Part shown: piece by piece, positions 18,058-25,522 of the stretch
Numbering within the stretch: the first letter of the stretch is position 1
How the letters are laid out: every line of letters starts with the position of its first letter
Assembly (NCBI GenBank): GCA_043813525.1
Contig: JBDRKY010000068.1
Location: 1 to 48,803 of the forward strand
From: Candidatus Woesearchaeota archaeon
GTDB taxonomy: Archaea > Nanobdellota > Nanobdellia > Woesearchaeales > DSVV01
Direction: 5' to 3'
DNA length: 48,803 nt
Notes under the pieces: generated by a model
Told to the model about the DNA's origin: nothing
Seen by the model: the letters and a program-made list of their open reading frames with translations, nothing else
Databases searched by the model: none
Position numbers and translations under genes: made by a program

Positions 18058-18960
18058 ATGATAATAAAGAAAAATAAGAAAGCAATGGCAATGAATAAAT
18101 TGCTGCAGAGTGTGTTAATAATAGGATTCTTTGTAATTGCCATATTAATACTTCCGAGTTTGTTTAATTTTTCAATGTTAGAGGCAAAAGAAAAGACTTG
18201 TATGTTCACAGTTGGTGCAAAAGATCTGACAAAGATAGGCTCTGTTAGTTTAATAAGAGAAAAATGCCCTGCATACAATATATTGATATATGATAATAAG
18301 ATTACAAAAGATGGTGCTGAGCTAATATTTAAGTATAAAGATGAAAAAGATAATAAAAAAGTTGGAAAAATATTCAAAGAAGGGATTCCTGAAGATTTTA
18401 TCTATAAAACTATTGCAGATGAAATGGTAGAATGCTGGCAGCGTTTTGGAGAAGGAAGAGATTTATATAAAGGAGATTTGTTTGATAAGAAAAGAAATTG
18501 TGCAAGATGCACCCATATCTCTTTTGATCAGAGCATATGGGGAAAAGGGCCATACAAAGGTTTAGTAAATTATCTTAAGAACAACAAACCAGAAGACATG
18601 GATAAGGCATATTATGATTATTTATCGATGGATGCTATTGAAGATACATATAAGACTGATTTATTGATAGGTCCATATGGCATAGATGTAGGTGCAGATG
18701 AAGCAAGGGAACTTGTTACATATTATAAACCAAGAGATTTCACCATTCATGGCAATCCATCTGATGAAAATTCACCAGATCAAATAATTCCATCCTCATC
18801 AAACAATTATGACATATTATATTTCACATATAGCAGTTCTGCAAACACACAGAATATGCAAGCGTTAGGATTAAAAGGAAAAATAGATGTGCCAGCGCAT
18901 ATATTTTTTGTGAAGTCAGACAGGATTACAACATATCTTTGTGAAAATTTTATTAATTAA
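18058..18960 (+). CDS. Membrane-anchored/secreted Cys-motif protein, paralog A
   Basis: The track start at 18040 is TTG; ATG at 18058 gives MIIKKNKKAMAMNKLLQSVLIIGFFVIAILIL. Shares IADEMVECWQRFGEG...CARCTHISF with the next gene. Confidence 0.65.
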   Translation: MIIKKNKKAMAMNKLLQSVLIIGFFVIAILILPSLFNFSMLEAKEKTCMFTVGAKDLTKIGSVSLIREKCPAYNILIYDNKITKDGAELIFKYKDEKDNKKVGKIFKEGIPEDFIYKTIADEMVECWQRFGEGRDLYKGDLFDKKRNCARCTHISFDQSIWGKGPYKGLVNYLKNNKPEDMDKAYYDYLSMDAIEDTYKTDLLIGPYGIDVGADEARELVTYYKPRDFTIHGNPSDENSPDQIIPSSSNNYDILYFTYSSSANTQNMQALGLKGKIDVPAHIFFVKSDRITTYLCENFIN

Positions 18961-18969
18961 GATTATAAA

Positions 18970-19917
18970 ATGAGACAGTTCAATAAAAAATCAATAGTAG
19001 CAAGTTTTGTATTGATTGGTGTACTTGCAATGACATTCTTGTTATTTATGTTTATCTATAATCACCAGATCACATCTAAATATCAGGAGATAGAAAAGCT
19101 CAAGATATGCAGACAATCAACAATGCTGCATTCGTTCAGACAATCTGATTTCATAGAAGGGCTGAAAGGTGCAGAGTTCCCGCAAGAAACATCAGGCAAA
19201 GGATTAAACTGCCCGATAATATATAAAGATATTAAGACTTATGATGGCACAAAAGAAGATACATATAAGATCAATAAGATAGTTGCTGATGAATTAGCTG
19301 GCTGCTGGTATAAGTTTAATGAAGGTGATGTGAATTTGTTTGCCAGAGAAAAAGGAGAACAGATTGATTATTGTGCAGTATGCAGCATTATCAAATTCAG
19401 CGGCAGTGCAAAGAACAAGGAAATCAAAGGGCTAAGCAAATTAATGAGTGAAAAGACAACACCAAGATTGATAAGTGATAAGACCTATTTGGGATATCTA
19501 ACAGGTATAGCGACTGACCATGAGATGTTAGGAGAAATAGAAAAACAGATTAGTGCGCAGGATTTAAGTGAATTGAATACTGCAAATGATTATGTTGTGA
19601 TGTTTTATTACCCTAAGAAAGGTTATGGCACAAAAGAGGAATATGCAGTGATAGGGACTGCAATAGCTTATGGTGCTAAAAAAGTGTTTGATGTTGCTGT
19701 GACTCTAATACCTAAATTAAGGCCGCTTAAATTTCTGACAGGGAAAAAGTTCACAGTCCTTACCACAACATTAGGCGGGTGGATAGGTTATAAATTAGGC
19801 CATGACACACCTTATGAATATGCAGCTATACCATTGCTTATTCCTTATAATGAAGGCCTGTTAAGCAGTTTAAATTGCGAACAGATGCCAACTCCTCTTG
19901 GTTATAGACCAAGCTGA
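18970..19917 (+). CDS. Membrane-anchored/secreted Cys-motif protein, paralog B
   Basis: MRQFNKKSIVASFVLIGVLAMTFLLF, then VADELAGCWYKFNEG...CAVCSIIKF. There is an extra hydrophobic segment near the C-terminus. Confidence 0.65.
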   Translation: MRQFNKKSIVASFVLIGVLAMTFLLFMFIYNHQITSKYQEIEKLKICRQSTMLHSFRQSDFIEGLKGAEFPQETSGKGLNCPIIYKDIKTYDGTKEDTYKINKIVADELAGCWYKFNEGDVNLFAREKGEQIDYCAVCSIIKFSGSAKNKEIKGLSKLMSEKTTPRLISDKTYLGYLTGIATDHEMLGEIEKQISAQDLSELNTANDYVVMFYYPKKGYGTKEEYAVIGTAIAYGAKKVFDVAVTLIPKLRPLKFLTGKKFTVLTTTLGGWIGYKLGHDTPYEYAAIPLLIPYNEGLLSSLNCEQMPTPLGYRPS

Positions 19918-19960
19918 TGATGTTTGTTAATTATTTAATAGTATTATATGATTTCTTAAC

Positions 19961-19975
19961 ATTAAATTTATAAAT
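19961..19975 (+). promoter_or_regulatory. TATA-like box for the tRNA gene
   Basis: attaaatttataaat, with tttataaa at 19967-19974, 27 nt before the tRNA 5' end. Confidence 0.4.
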
Positions 19976-20001
19976 GCTCATTAGTTCTTTATTTAACACA
20001 T

Positions 20002-20240
20002 GAGGAGGTGCCGGAGTGGCCAAAAATGGGAAGTTTTCTTTTCATTGGCTTCACGGGATAGCTCTTAGCGACAAAGGCGCTAAAAATCCAAACTCAAGTT
20101 TGTTGAGTAATAAGACTTAAAAGGTCAATGAAATACTCAGATGAGCCATCTATTGGCTTAGTGCCTTCGAGGGTTCGAAATCAAAACTCTGTTTTTATAA
20201 GAATCAACACAGAATTTTTACGAATGTCCCTTCCTCCTCA
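20002..20240 (+). tRNA. Intron-containing class II tRNA, probably tRNA-Leu; anticodon not resolved
   Basis: GAGGAGG (20002-20008) pairs perfectly with CCTCCTC (20233-20239). Discriminator A at 20240; no encoded CCA; U8. D arm is CCG/UGG with a 13-nt GAGTGGCCAAAAA loop. Variable-arm hairpin GGC-TTAGT-GCC (20155-20165) is followed by TTC. T stem is GAGGG (20169-20173)/CCCTT (20228-20232), and the TTCGAA T-loop is interrupted by ~47 nt. The total span of 239 nt implies ~150 nt of insertions. Confidence 0.7.
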
Positions 20241-20244
20241 TTAA

Positions 20245-20250
20245 TTTTTT
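20245..20250 (+). terminator. Oligo-T tract after the tRNA
   Basis: tttttt begins 5 nt after the discriminator base. Archaeal RNAP terminates at T-runs. Confidence 0.3.
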
Positions 20251-20415
20251 CTGGTTTATTCATATAAACAAAATTTGTTCCTTTTAGCTCGTCCTATCCC
20301 TACGCTGAAGCTTGATAAAAGTTCGTGAAAATCCATTCATCATCATTATGACCCATTCTTGGATTAATTTAATTCATCAATAAGTTTTATATAATCTTAA
20401 ATAAAAATAGATAAT

Positions 20416-21261
20416 ATGATTGCATTAATAGGAATTATGTTAGCATTAACGTGTTTGGTTCTTTGGGGAGTTTCAGATTTAATCACAAAAATATCACTTG
20501 ATCATGAATCAAAATGGAAAGTATTGTTTATCAGCCAATTATCTGGCGGATTATTGGTGCTGACATTAGCTTTTTTCTTTGCTGATCTAAAACAACTTTT
20601 TTCAATTGCAGTGATATATTTATTTGTGTTAGGATTTATGAACCTCTGCGGAACATATACATTTTATAAAGCTATTAAAATAAAAGGCATTGCATTAACA
20701 ACACCAATTATGAACTCATGGGTTTTGGTATCAATAATATTAGGGTTGATATTTTATAATGAATCAATGTCTATTTTTCAGGGGGTAGCTGTGTTATTGA
20801 TAATTGGAGGTATTTATTTGATAACCACAAACAGTGATAAATTAGTATTTGATAAGAGTTTTGTGTACCCTATTTTGTCTATATTGATATTTGGTATATT
20901 TTATTTTTCACTTAAGGTGCCAAACCTAATATTTGGTGCTGTCATTGTAACAAGTATGATAAAGATATTAACATCTTTATTCTCAATCCCAATATTGATA
21001 AAAAAAAGGATTAAAATCACATTTATTAAGCAAAAAATCTTATTTTATGTGATATTAATCGGTTTTTTAGATGCGTTAGGTTTTCTTGCATTTAATTCAT
21101 CATTAAAATTAGCGCCAGTCTCACTTATTGCACCTATTGTTTCAGCAGCCCCTGCATTGAGTGTAGTTTTAGGCATATTATTTTTGAAAGAGCATATTAG
21201 CAAGAGACAGGCATCAGGCATAATAATTACAATTATTGGACTGATAATAATCGCTATTTAA
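20416..21261 (+). CDS. EamA/DMT-family transporter
   Basis: 281 aa with ten hydrophobic segments in two similar halves. WGVSDLITK and IIGGIYLI / IIGLIIIA ends are typical of EamA repeats. ttttatataa at 20385-20394. Confidence 0.75.
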   Translation: MIALIGIMLALTCLVLWGVSDLITKISLDHESKWKVLFISQLSGGLLVLTLAFFFADLKQLFSIAVIYLFVLGFMNLCGTYTFYKAIKIKGIALTTPIMNSWVLVSIILGLIFYNESMSIFQGVAVLLIIGGIYLITTNSDKLVFDKSFVYPILSILIFGIFYFSLKVPNLIFGAVIVTSMIKILTSLFSIPILIKKRIKITFIKQKILFYVILIGFLDALGFLAFNSSLKLAPVSLIAPIVSAAPALSVVLGILFLKEHISKRQASGIIITIIGLIIIAI

Positions 21262-21314
21262 ACAATATTAAGAAATATATATTTGATATAATCAAAAGGT
21301 TAAGGGCAATTTAT

Positions 21315-21662
21315 TTATTGTCCACCCAATTCTCTCAGCTTTTTCTCGATATTGCCTATGCTGCTTTCGAGTTCAGTCAGTTGTTTGCTGTAATCATAGA
21401 ATGTTTTTGGCTCTTCTTTTCTTTTGACTTCTTTCTGCTCAAGCTTAATCTTCACTTTTGGCAGTAATAGTTTTAGATTGTTGTTTGTAGTGATTGCATA
21501 TTTAAGGATTGTTCTTAGTTTATCAATCTCTCTCAGCTTCTCTTCTCTAACCTGCTTGAACATCTCACATCTTTTCAGGCATGTCAGCAGAGTCTTCTGT
21601 GCTGTCAATATTTCTATCCTGAACTTGTCTTTTGGTGTGACTTCAATAAAATAATCTACCAT
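21315..21662 (-). CDS. Small coiled-coil protein
   Basis: 115 aa with ATG start. Heptad-like charged helices. Third gene of a co-directional triad. Confidence 0.5.
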   Translation of the reverse strand: MVDYFIEVTPKDKFRIEILTAQKTLLTCLKRCEMFKQVREEKLREIDKLRTILKYAITTNNNLKLLLPKVKIKLEQKEVKRKEEPKTFYDYSKQLTELESSIGNIEKKLRELGGQ

Positions 21663-21720
21663 TTTTTTTACCTTTTATTTATTAATCATTTATATTAAAA
21701 TATAGTTAAATAACAATATA

Positions 21721-21957
21721 TTACCTATGCCCTGCATTAATAAGAGTATGATCAATTTTCTTCAGCTTATCTTCGACATCATGAACCATCTTTTTCCAGA
21801 TCTCCATCTCCAGCTCTTCTTCCTTTTTAAGCTCATTTATCTTATTAAGGCTTTTCTTTGCATCTTCTATCTTAGATTTGATAGTATCAATTGTTGTCAG
21901 TGCTTCTTTATATGTGTCCATCTTGATGAACATTGAATTATCATTTACAATCCCCAT
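21721..21957 (-). CDS. Small coiled-coil protein related to the C-terminus of the upstream gene
   Basis: 78 aa. FIKMDTYKEALTTIDTIKSKI...KLKKIDHTL parallels FITLEQYKFVMHSLSSMKDAL...NFSKIDDLI of 21970..22956. Confidence 0.5.
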   Translation of the reverse strand: MGIVNDNSMFIKMDTYKEALTTIDTIKSKIEDAKKSLNKINELKKEEELEMEIWKKMVHDVEDKLKKIDHTLINAGHR

Positions 21958-21969
21958 ATTATCACCATC

Positions 21970-22956
21970 TTAATTTTTATTAAATATTAAATCATCAATC
22001 TTGCTGAAATTACTGAACATTGTCTCAAAATCTTTTTGTATCTTATCATATCTTATCCCATCGCTCTCGTGTATATTTTCCATCCTTGTCACTGTATCAA
22101 CTTGGTTTTGTAAGGCATCTTTCATAGAGCTTAATGAATGCATCACAAACTTATATTGCTCTAATGTAATAAAATGTGTTGTTTTGTGCTGTATCAACCT
22201 AGGCGGTATTTTTTCAGATAACAACCTATCAAAATTAGGTACACTTGCTTTATTAAGTTTAGGCTGTTTATATTGTGCTGACATTGATGGCACTATAGTT
22301 TCCCTTAATTCATCTTCAGATGGGAATTCACCATAATGTTCAAAGGGAAACCTCATCTCCCTTGTTGATTGTCTTGGTTGTGATGATTGTTGTTGTGATG
22401 ATTGTGATAGAATTGATTTTTCTGATTCATGTCCACTTTGTGCAAAGGTTTCTCTTAACTCATCTTCAGTTGGAAATTTACCATATGAACCATAATGTTC
22501 AAAAGGCATCCTTGTTTGCTTAGGTGGCTTAGGCAGTTCTGGTTCATTTGTTTGTGCAAAAGTTTCTCTTAGCTCATCTTCATTAGGATAATCTTCATTA
22601 GGATAATCTTCATTTGAATAATCTTCAGATGGTATATCTTGTGGTAATTCAGGAAATGCCTGCAGACCAGATGCATCTGAATACTCATCAGGTACATATT
22701 CTGCATATGGTAATTCAGGGAATAAAGGTTCTGGAGCTGCTGTTTCCCTATGTTCTTTAGGAGGAATAGGTGCTGCATCCAATTGCATATTAGCTGCCAT
22801 ATTTTGATTATTAGGTGTAATAAAAGGAATATCAGGCTCACTTAACCCAGATATTGAAGGATTAAGGTCATCATCTGTTATATTAACAGGTGGTGGGACA
22901 TCTAATCCTGGCGGTAAATCCATCACTTTCTTATTTTTTCTCTTAAACCAACCCAT
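21970..22956 (-). CDS. Pro/acidic-rich repeat protein with C-terminal helical domain
   Basis: 328 aa. Three copies of an EDELRET(F/I) motif, each near (P/F)FEHYG. EDYxN tandem repeats. C-terminal ~70-aa helical module. Confidence 0.6.
   Translation of the reverse strand: MGWFKRKNKKVMDLPPGLDVPPPVNITDDDLNPSISGLSEPDIPFITPNNQNMAANMQLDAAPIPPKEHRETAAPEPLFPELPYAEYVPDEYSDASGLQAFPELPQDIPSEDYSNEDYPNEDYPNEDELRETFAQTNEPELPKPPKQTRMPFEHYGSYGKFPTEDELRETFAQSGHESEKSILSQSSQQQSSQPRQSTREMRFPFEHYGEFPSEDELRETIVPSMSAQYKQPKLNKASVPNFDRLLSEKIPPRLIQHKTTHFITLEQYKFVMHSLSSMKDALQNQVDTVTRMENIHESDGIRYDKIQKDFETMFSNFSKIDDLIFNKN
22581..22640. repeat. 15-nt coding tandem repeat (about four units, two identical)
   Basis: cattaggataatctt at 22581-22595 and 22596-22610, then the diverged units catttgaataatctt and cagatggtatatctt. 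Encodes (N)EDYP/EDYS repeats on the minus strand. Confidence 0.85.
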
Positions 22957-23166
22957 TTAAGTTCACCCACTCAACAAATAATTAAATTTTATGTATAAAT
23001 GTTGTAATAATACATCCTTATGTGTCTTGACTTATTAAAGTTTTTGTACTCCTTTAAAATAACAACTCACTTATCACGAAAAAACAAGAAATTTAAAATA
23101 CATATTTTAGACATTGATAAAAAATATAAATTCTTATTTCCCAGCAATAAAAAAAGGTAATAATTA

Positions 23167-24084
23167 ATGAATCTAAAAAATAAAGATATAATATCAATAA
23201 ATGATATGAGTAAAGAAGAGATTATTTATATAATCAATACAGCTGAAAGAATTGAAAAAATTGATTTTTCTGATCTTTGCAGAGGTAAGATTTTAGGCAC
23301 ATTATTCTTTGAACCAAGTACAAGAACAAGGCTAAGCTTTGAGAGTGCTATGAAAAGATTAGGAGGCAGTGTAATTGGTTTCAGCAGCGAAGATTCAACT
23401 TCCAGAAAAAAGGGAGAGACAATGTATGACACTGCAAAAATGATAGAAGGTTACACAGATATCATTGCAATTAGACATAAGGTTGAAGGAGCATCAAGGC
23501 TGACTGCAGAATCTGTCTGTATACCAGTCATCAATTGCGGTGATGGTGCAAACCAGCATCCAACACAGACATTGCTTGATCTGTTCACAATAAAAAAATC
23601 ACATGGCACACTTGATGGTCTGCATATCGCAATGGTTGGTGATTTAAAATATGGACGAACAGTACACAGTTTAGCGACAGCAATGGCGCATTTCAATACA
23701 ATACTTTATTTTGTGGCACCAAATGAGCTGAAGATGCCTAAATATATTCTTGAAGAATTAGATAAGAAAGGAGTAAAATACTATATTAATGATAAAATCA
23801 CAGACATAATTGATAAAGTAGATATCCTGTATATGACTAGAATCCAAAAAGAAAGATTTCCTGATCTTATGGAATATGAACGAGTAAAAAGTGTATATAT
23901 ACTTAGAAATTCAATGTTAAAAAATGTAAAGCTTGGATTAAAGATAATGCATCCATTGCCTAGGGTTAGTGAGATACATAAAGAGATTGATAAGAGCATC
24001 CATGCCCATTATTTCCAGCAGGCAAATAATGGGGTTCCTGTAAGGATGGCAATAATTGCCTTATTGTTAGGGTGTTTAAAATGA
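23167..24084 (+). CDS. pyrB: Aspartate carbamoyltransferase catalytic subunit
   Basis: EPSTRTRLSFE, NQHPTQTLLD and HPLPR motifs. 305 aa. Confidence 0.95.
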   Translation: MNLKNKDIISINDMSKEEIIYIINTAERIEKIDFSDLCRGKILGTLFFEPSTRTRLSFESAMKRLGGSVIGFSSEDSTSRKKGETMYDTAKMIEGYTDIIAIRHKVEGASRLTAESVCIPVINCGDGANQHPTQTLLDLFTIKKSHGTLDGLHIAMVGDLKYGRTVHSLATAMAHFNTILYFVAPNELKMPKYILEELDKKGVKYYINDKITDIIDKVDILYMTRIQKERFPDLMEYERVKSVYILRNSMLKNVKLGLKIMHPLPRVSEIHKEIDKSIHAHYFQQANNGVPVRMAIIALLLGCLK

Positions 24085-24611
24085 ATCAGATTGAACAAGA
24101 TATATTTAACAATAAAATAGATAATGATAATAATGAATCATTAGGAACAGTATACACAGAATATAAGCAGATGAAGCTTGGCAAGATTGAGAATGGGACA
24201 GTAATAGATCATATTCCACCAGAGTTATGTTTTAAGATAATCACTATATTAAAATTAGAAGATTATGGAAAGGTTGTTTCTGCAGCTGTGAATTTGAACA
24301 GCTTAAAGAGGGGTAAGAAAGGAATAATTAAGATTAGCAGCAAATATCTGACTGAAGAGGAGATAAACAAGATATCTGTTGTCTGCCAGGATGTTACTGC
24401 ATGTATAATAAAAGATTATAAAGTTGAGGAAAAAATCAGGTTGAGGCTTCCGATGGGTATCAAAAATATCGTCAGATGCAATAATCCTAATTGTATCACA
24501 AATGTTGAAGATGTAAATACACATTTTAAAGTGATCAATCAGATTCCATTAAAGATTAGATGTAATTTTTGTGAACGTATAATTAATAAAAAAGATATTG
24601 TGTTGAAATGA
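24081..24611 (+). CDS. pyrI: Aspartate carbamoyltransferase regulatory subunit
   Basis: GTVIDHIP motif and Zn-finger cysteines CNNPNC...CNFC. The track start at 24072 is GTG. The ATG at 24081 forms an ATGA overlap with the pyrB stop. Asn-rich N-terminal extension. Confidence 0.85.
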   Translation: MNQIEQDIFNNKIDNDNNESLGTVYTEYKQMKLGKIENGTVIDHIPPELCFKIITILKLEDYGKVVSAAVNLNSLKRGKKGIIKISSKYLTEEEINKISVVCQDVTACIIKDYKVEEKIRLRLPMGIKNIVRCNNPNCITNVEDVNTHFKVINQIPLKIRCNFCERIINKKDIVLK

Positions 24612-25522
24612 TAGAATGTAAATTTTTGAACATAGAATTCAGAAATCCTATAATTTTAGCCTCAGGCATATTAGGAAAAAGTTCAGAATATTTTACCACT
24701 TTAGAAAAATATGGCATTGGCGGCATAACAACAAAATCAATCTCATCAAAACCAAGGAGTGGCCATAATAATCCAATTATGTTCTGCGACGAGCATGGTT
24801 TTATGAATGCAGTAGGTCTGAGCAATGCTGGTGTCGAAGAATCAATCAAGATGATCAGACAAGCCAAGAAAATGATTGACATACCAATCATAGCAAGTAT
24901 ATTTGGCGGAAATACTGAAGAGTTTGGCGAGATTGCAGAATTAGTCAGTGAAGCAAGGCCTGACATCATTGAAATAAATATATCATGTCCTAATGTTAAG
25001 AAAGAGTTCAGGATATTTGCAGCTGATGAGAAAAGTGCTGCTGATGTGACTTCTATTGTCAAAGATAATTTAAGCCATGTTAAAATACCAGTAACAGTCA
25101 AATTAAGCCCTAATGTAACAAATATAGTCCCTGTAGCAAAAGCTGTTCAAGAAGCAGGTGCAGATGCAATCACAGCAATCAACACAATAGGCGGGATGAG
25201 AATAAATATTGATGCACGAATGCCAATCCTGACAAACAAATTTGGAGGTGTAAGTGGTAAAGGCATATTTCCTGTCGCTGTTAAAAATGTATATGAAATT
25301 TACAAAGCTGTTGACATCCCTATTATAGGGACAGGCGGTATCACAACAGGAAAAGATGGAATTGAGATGATGATGGCTGGCGCTTCATTATTAGGTGTTG
25401 GAAGTGCTGTTTATTATCGCGGGGAAAAAGTTTTTGGAATGATTGCAGAAGAGATGGAAAAATGGCTGTCTGACAATGGTTATTCAGGCTTAAAAGAATT
25501 GATAGGTGCTGCCCATGACTGA
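24608..25522 (+). CDS. pyrD: Dihydroorotate dehydrogenase, class 1B catalytic subunit
   Basis: NAVGLSN, active-site Cys context NISCPN, GTGGITTGKD. ATGA overlap with pyrI. Followed by a PyrK-type partner. Confidence 0.9.
   Translation: MIECKFLNIEFRNPIILASGILGKSSEYFTTLEKYGIGGITTKSISSKPRSGHNNPIMFCDEHGFMNAVGLSNAGVEESIKMIRQAKKMIDIPIIASIFGGNTEEFGEIAELVSEARPDIIEINISCPNVKKEFRIFAADEKSAADVTSIVKDNLSHVKIPVTVKLSPNVTNIVPVAKAVQEAGADAITAINTIGGMRINIDARMPILTNKFGGVSGKGIFPVAVKNVYEIYKAVDIPIIGTGGITTGKDGIEMMMAGASLLGVGSAVYYRGEKVFGMIAEEMEKWLSDNGYSGLKELIGAAHD

Noticed and set aside
20093-20147. Firm anticodon assignment for the split tRNA (CAA, UAA or CAG loops)
   Set aside because: None of the three candidate 7-nt loops is flanked by a contiguous 5-bp stem. 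Each needs a different set of assumed splice sites, so the isotype stays as probable Leu, based on A73 and the class II arms only.
20285-20355. Slightly GC-richer patch after the tRNA, with a minus-strand ATGATGA (C-box-like) and a gttcgtgaaaatcc string
   Set aside because: No matching D box (CUGA) on the same strand and no terminal stem, so I cannot support a C/D sRNA or a second tRNA.
22581-22640. Short tandem repeats that could be mistaken for a CRISPR or satellite array
   Set aside because: The units are 15 nt, contiguous without spacers, in frame, and inside a long ORF, so they are coding repeats.
24583-25101. 172-aa minus-strand ORF opposite pyrD
   Set aside because: pyrD motifs on the plus strand are unambiguous. 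The antisense frame has no start context or motif.
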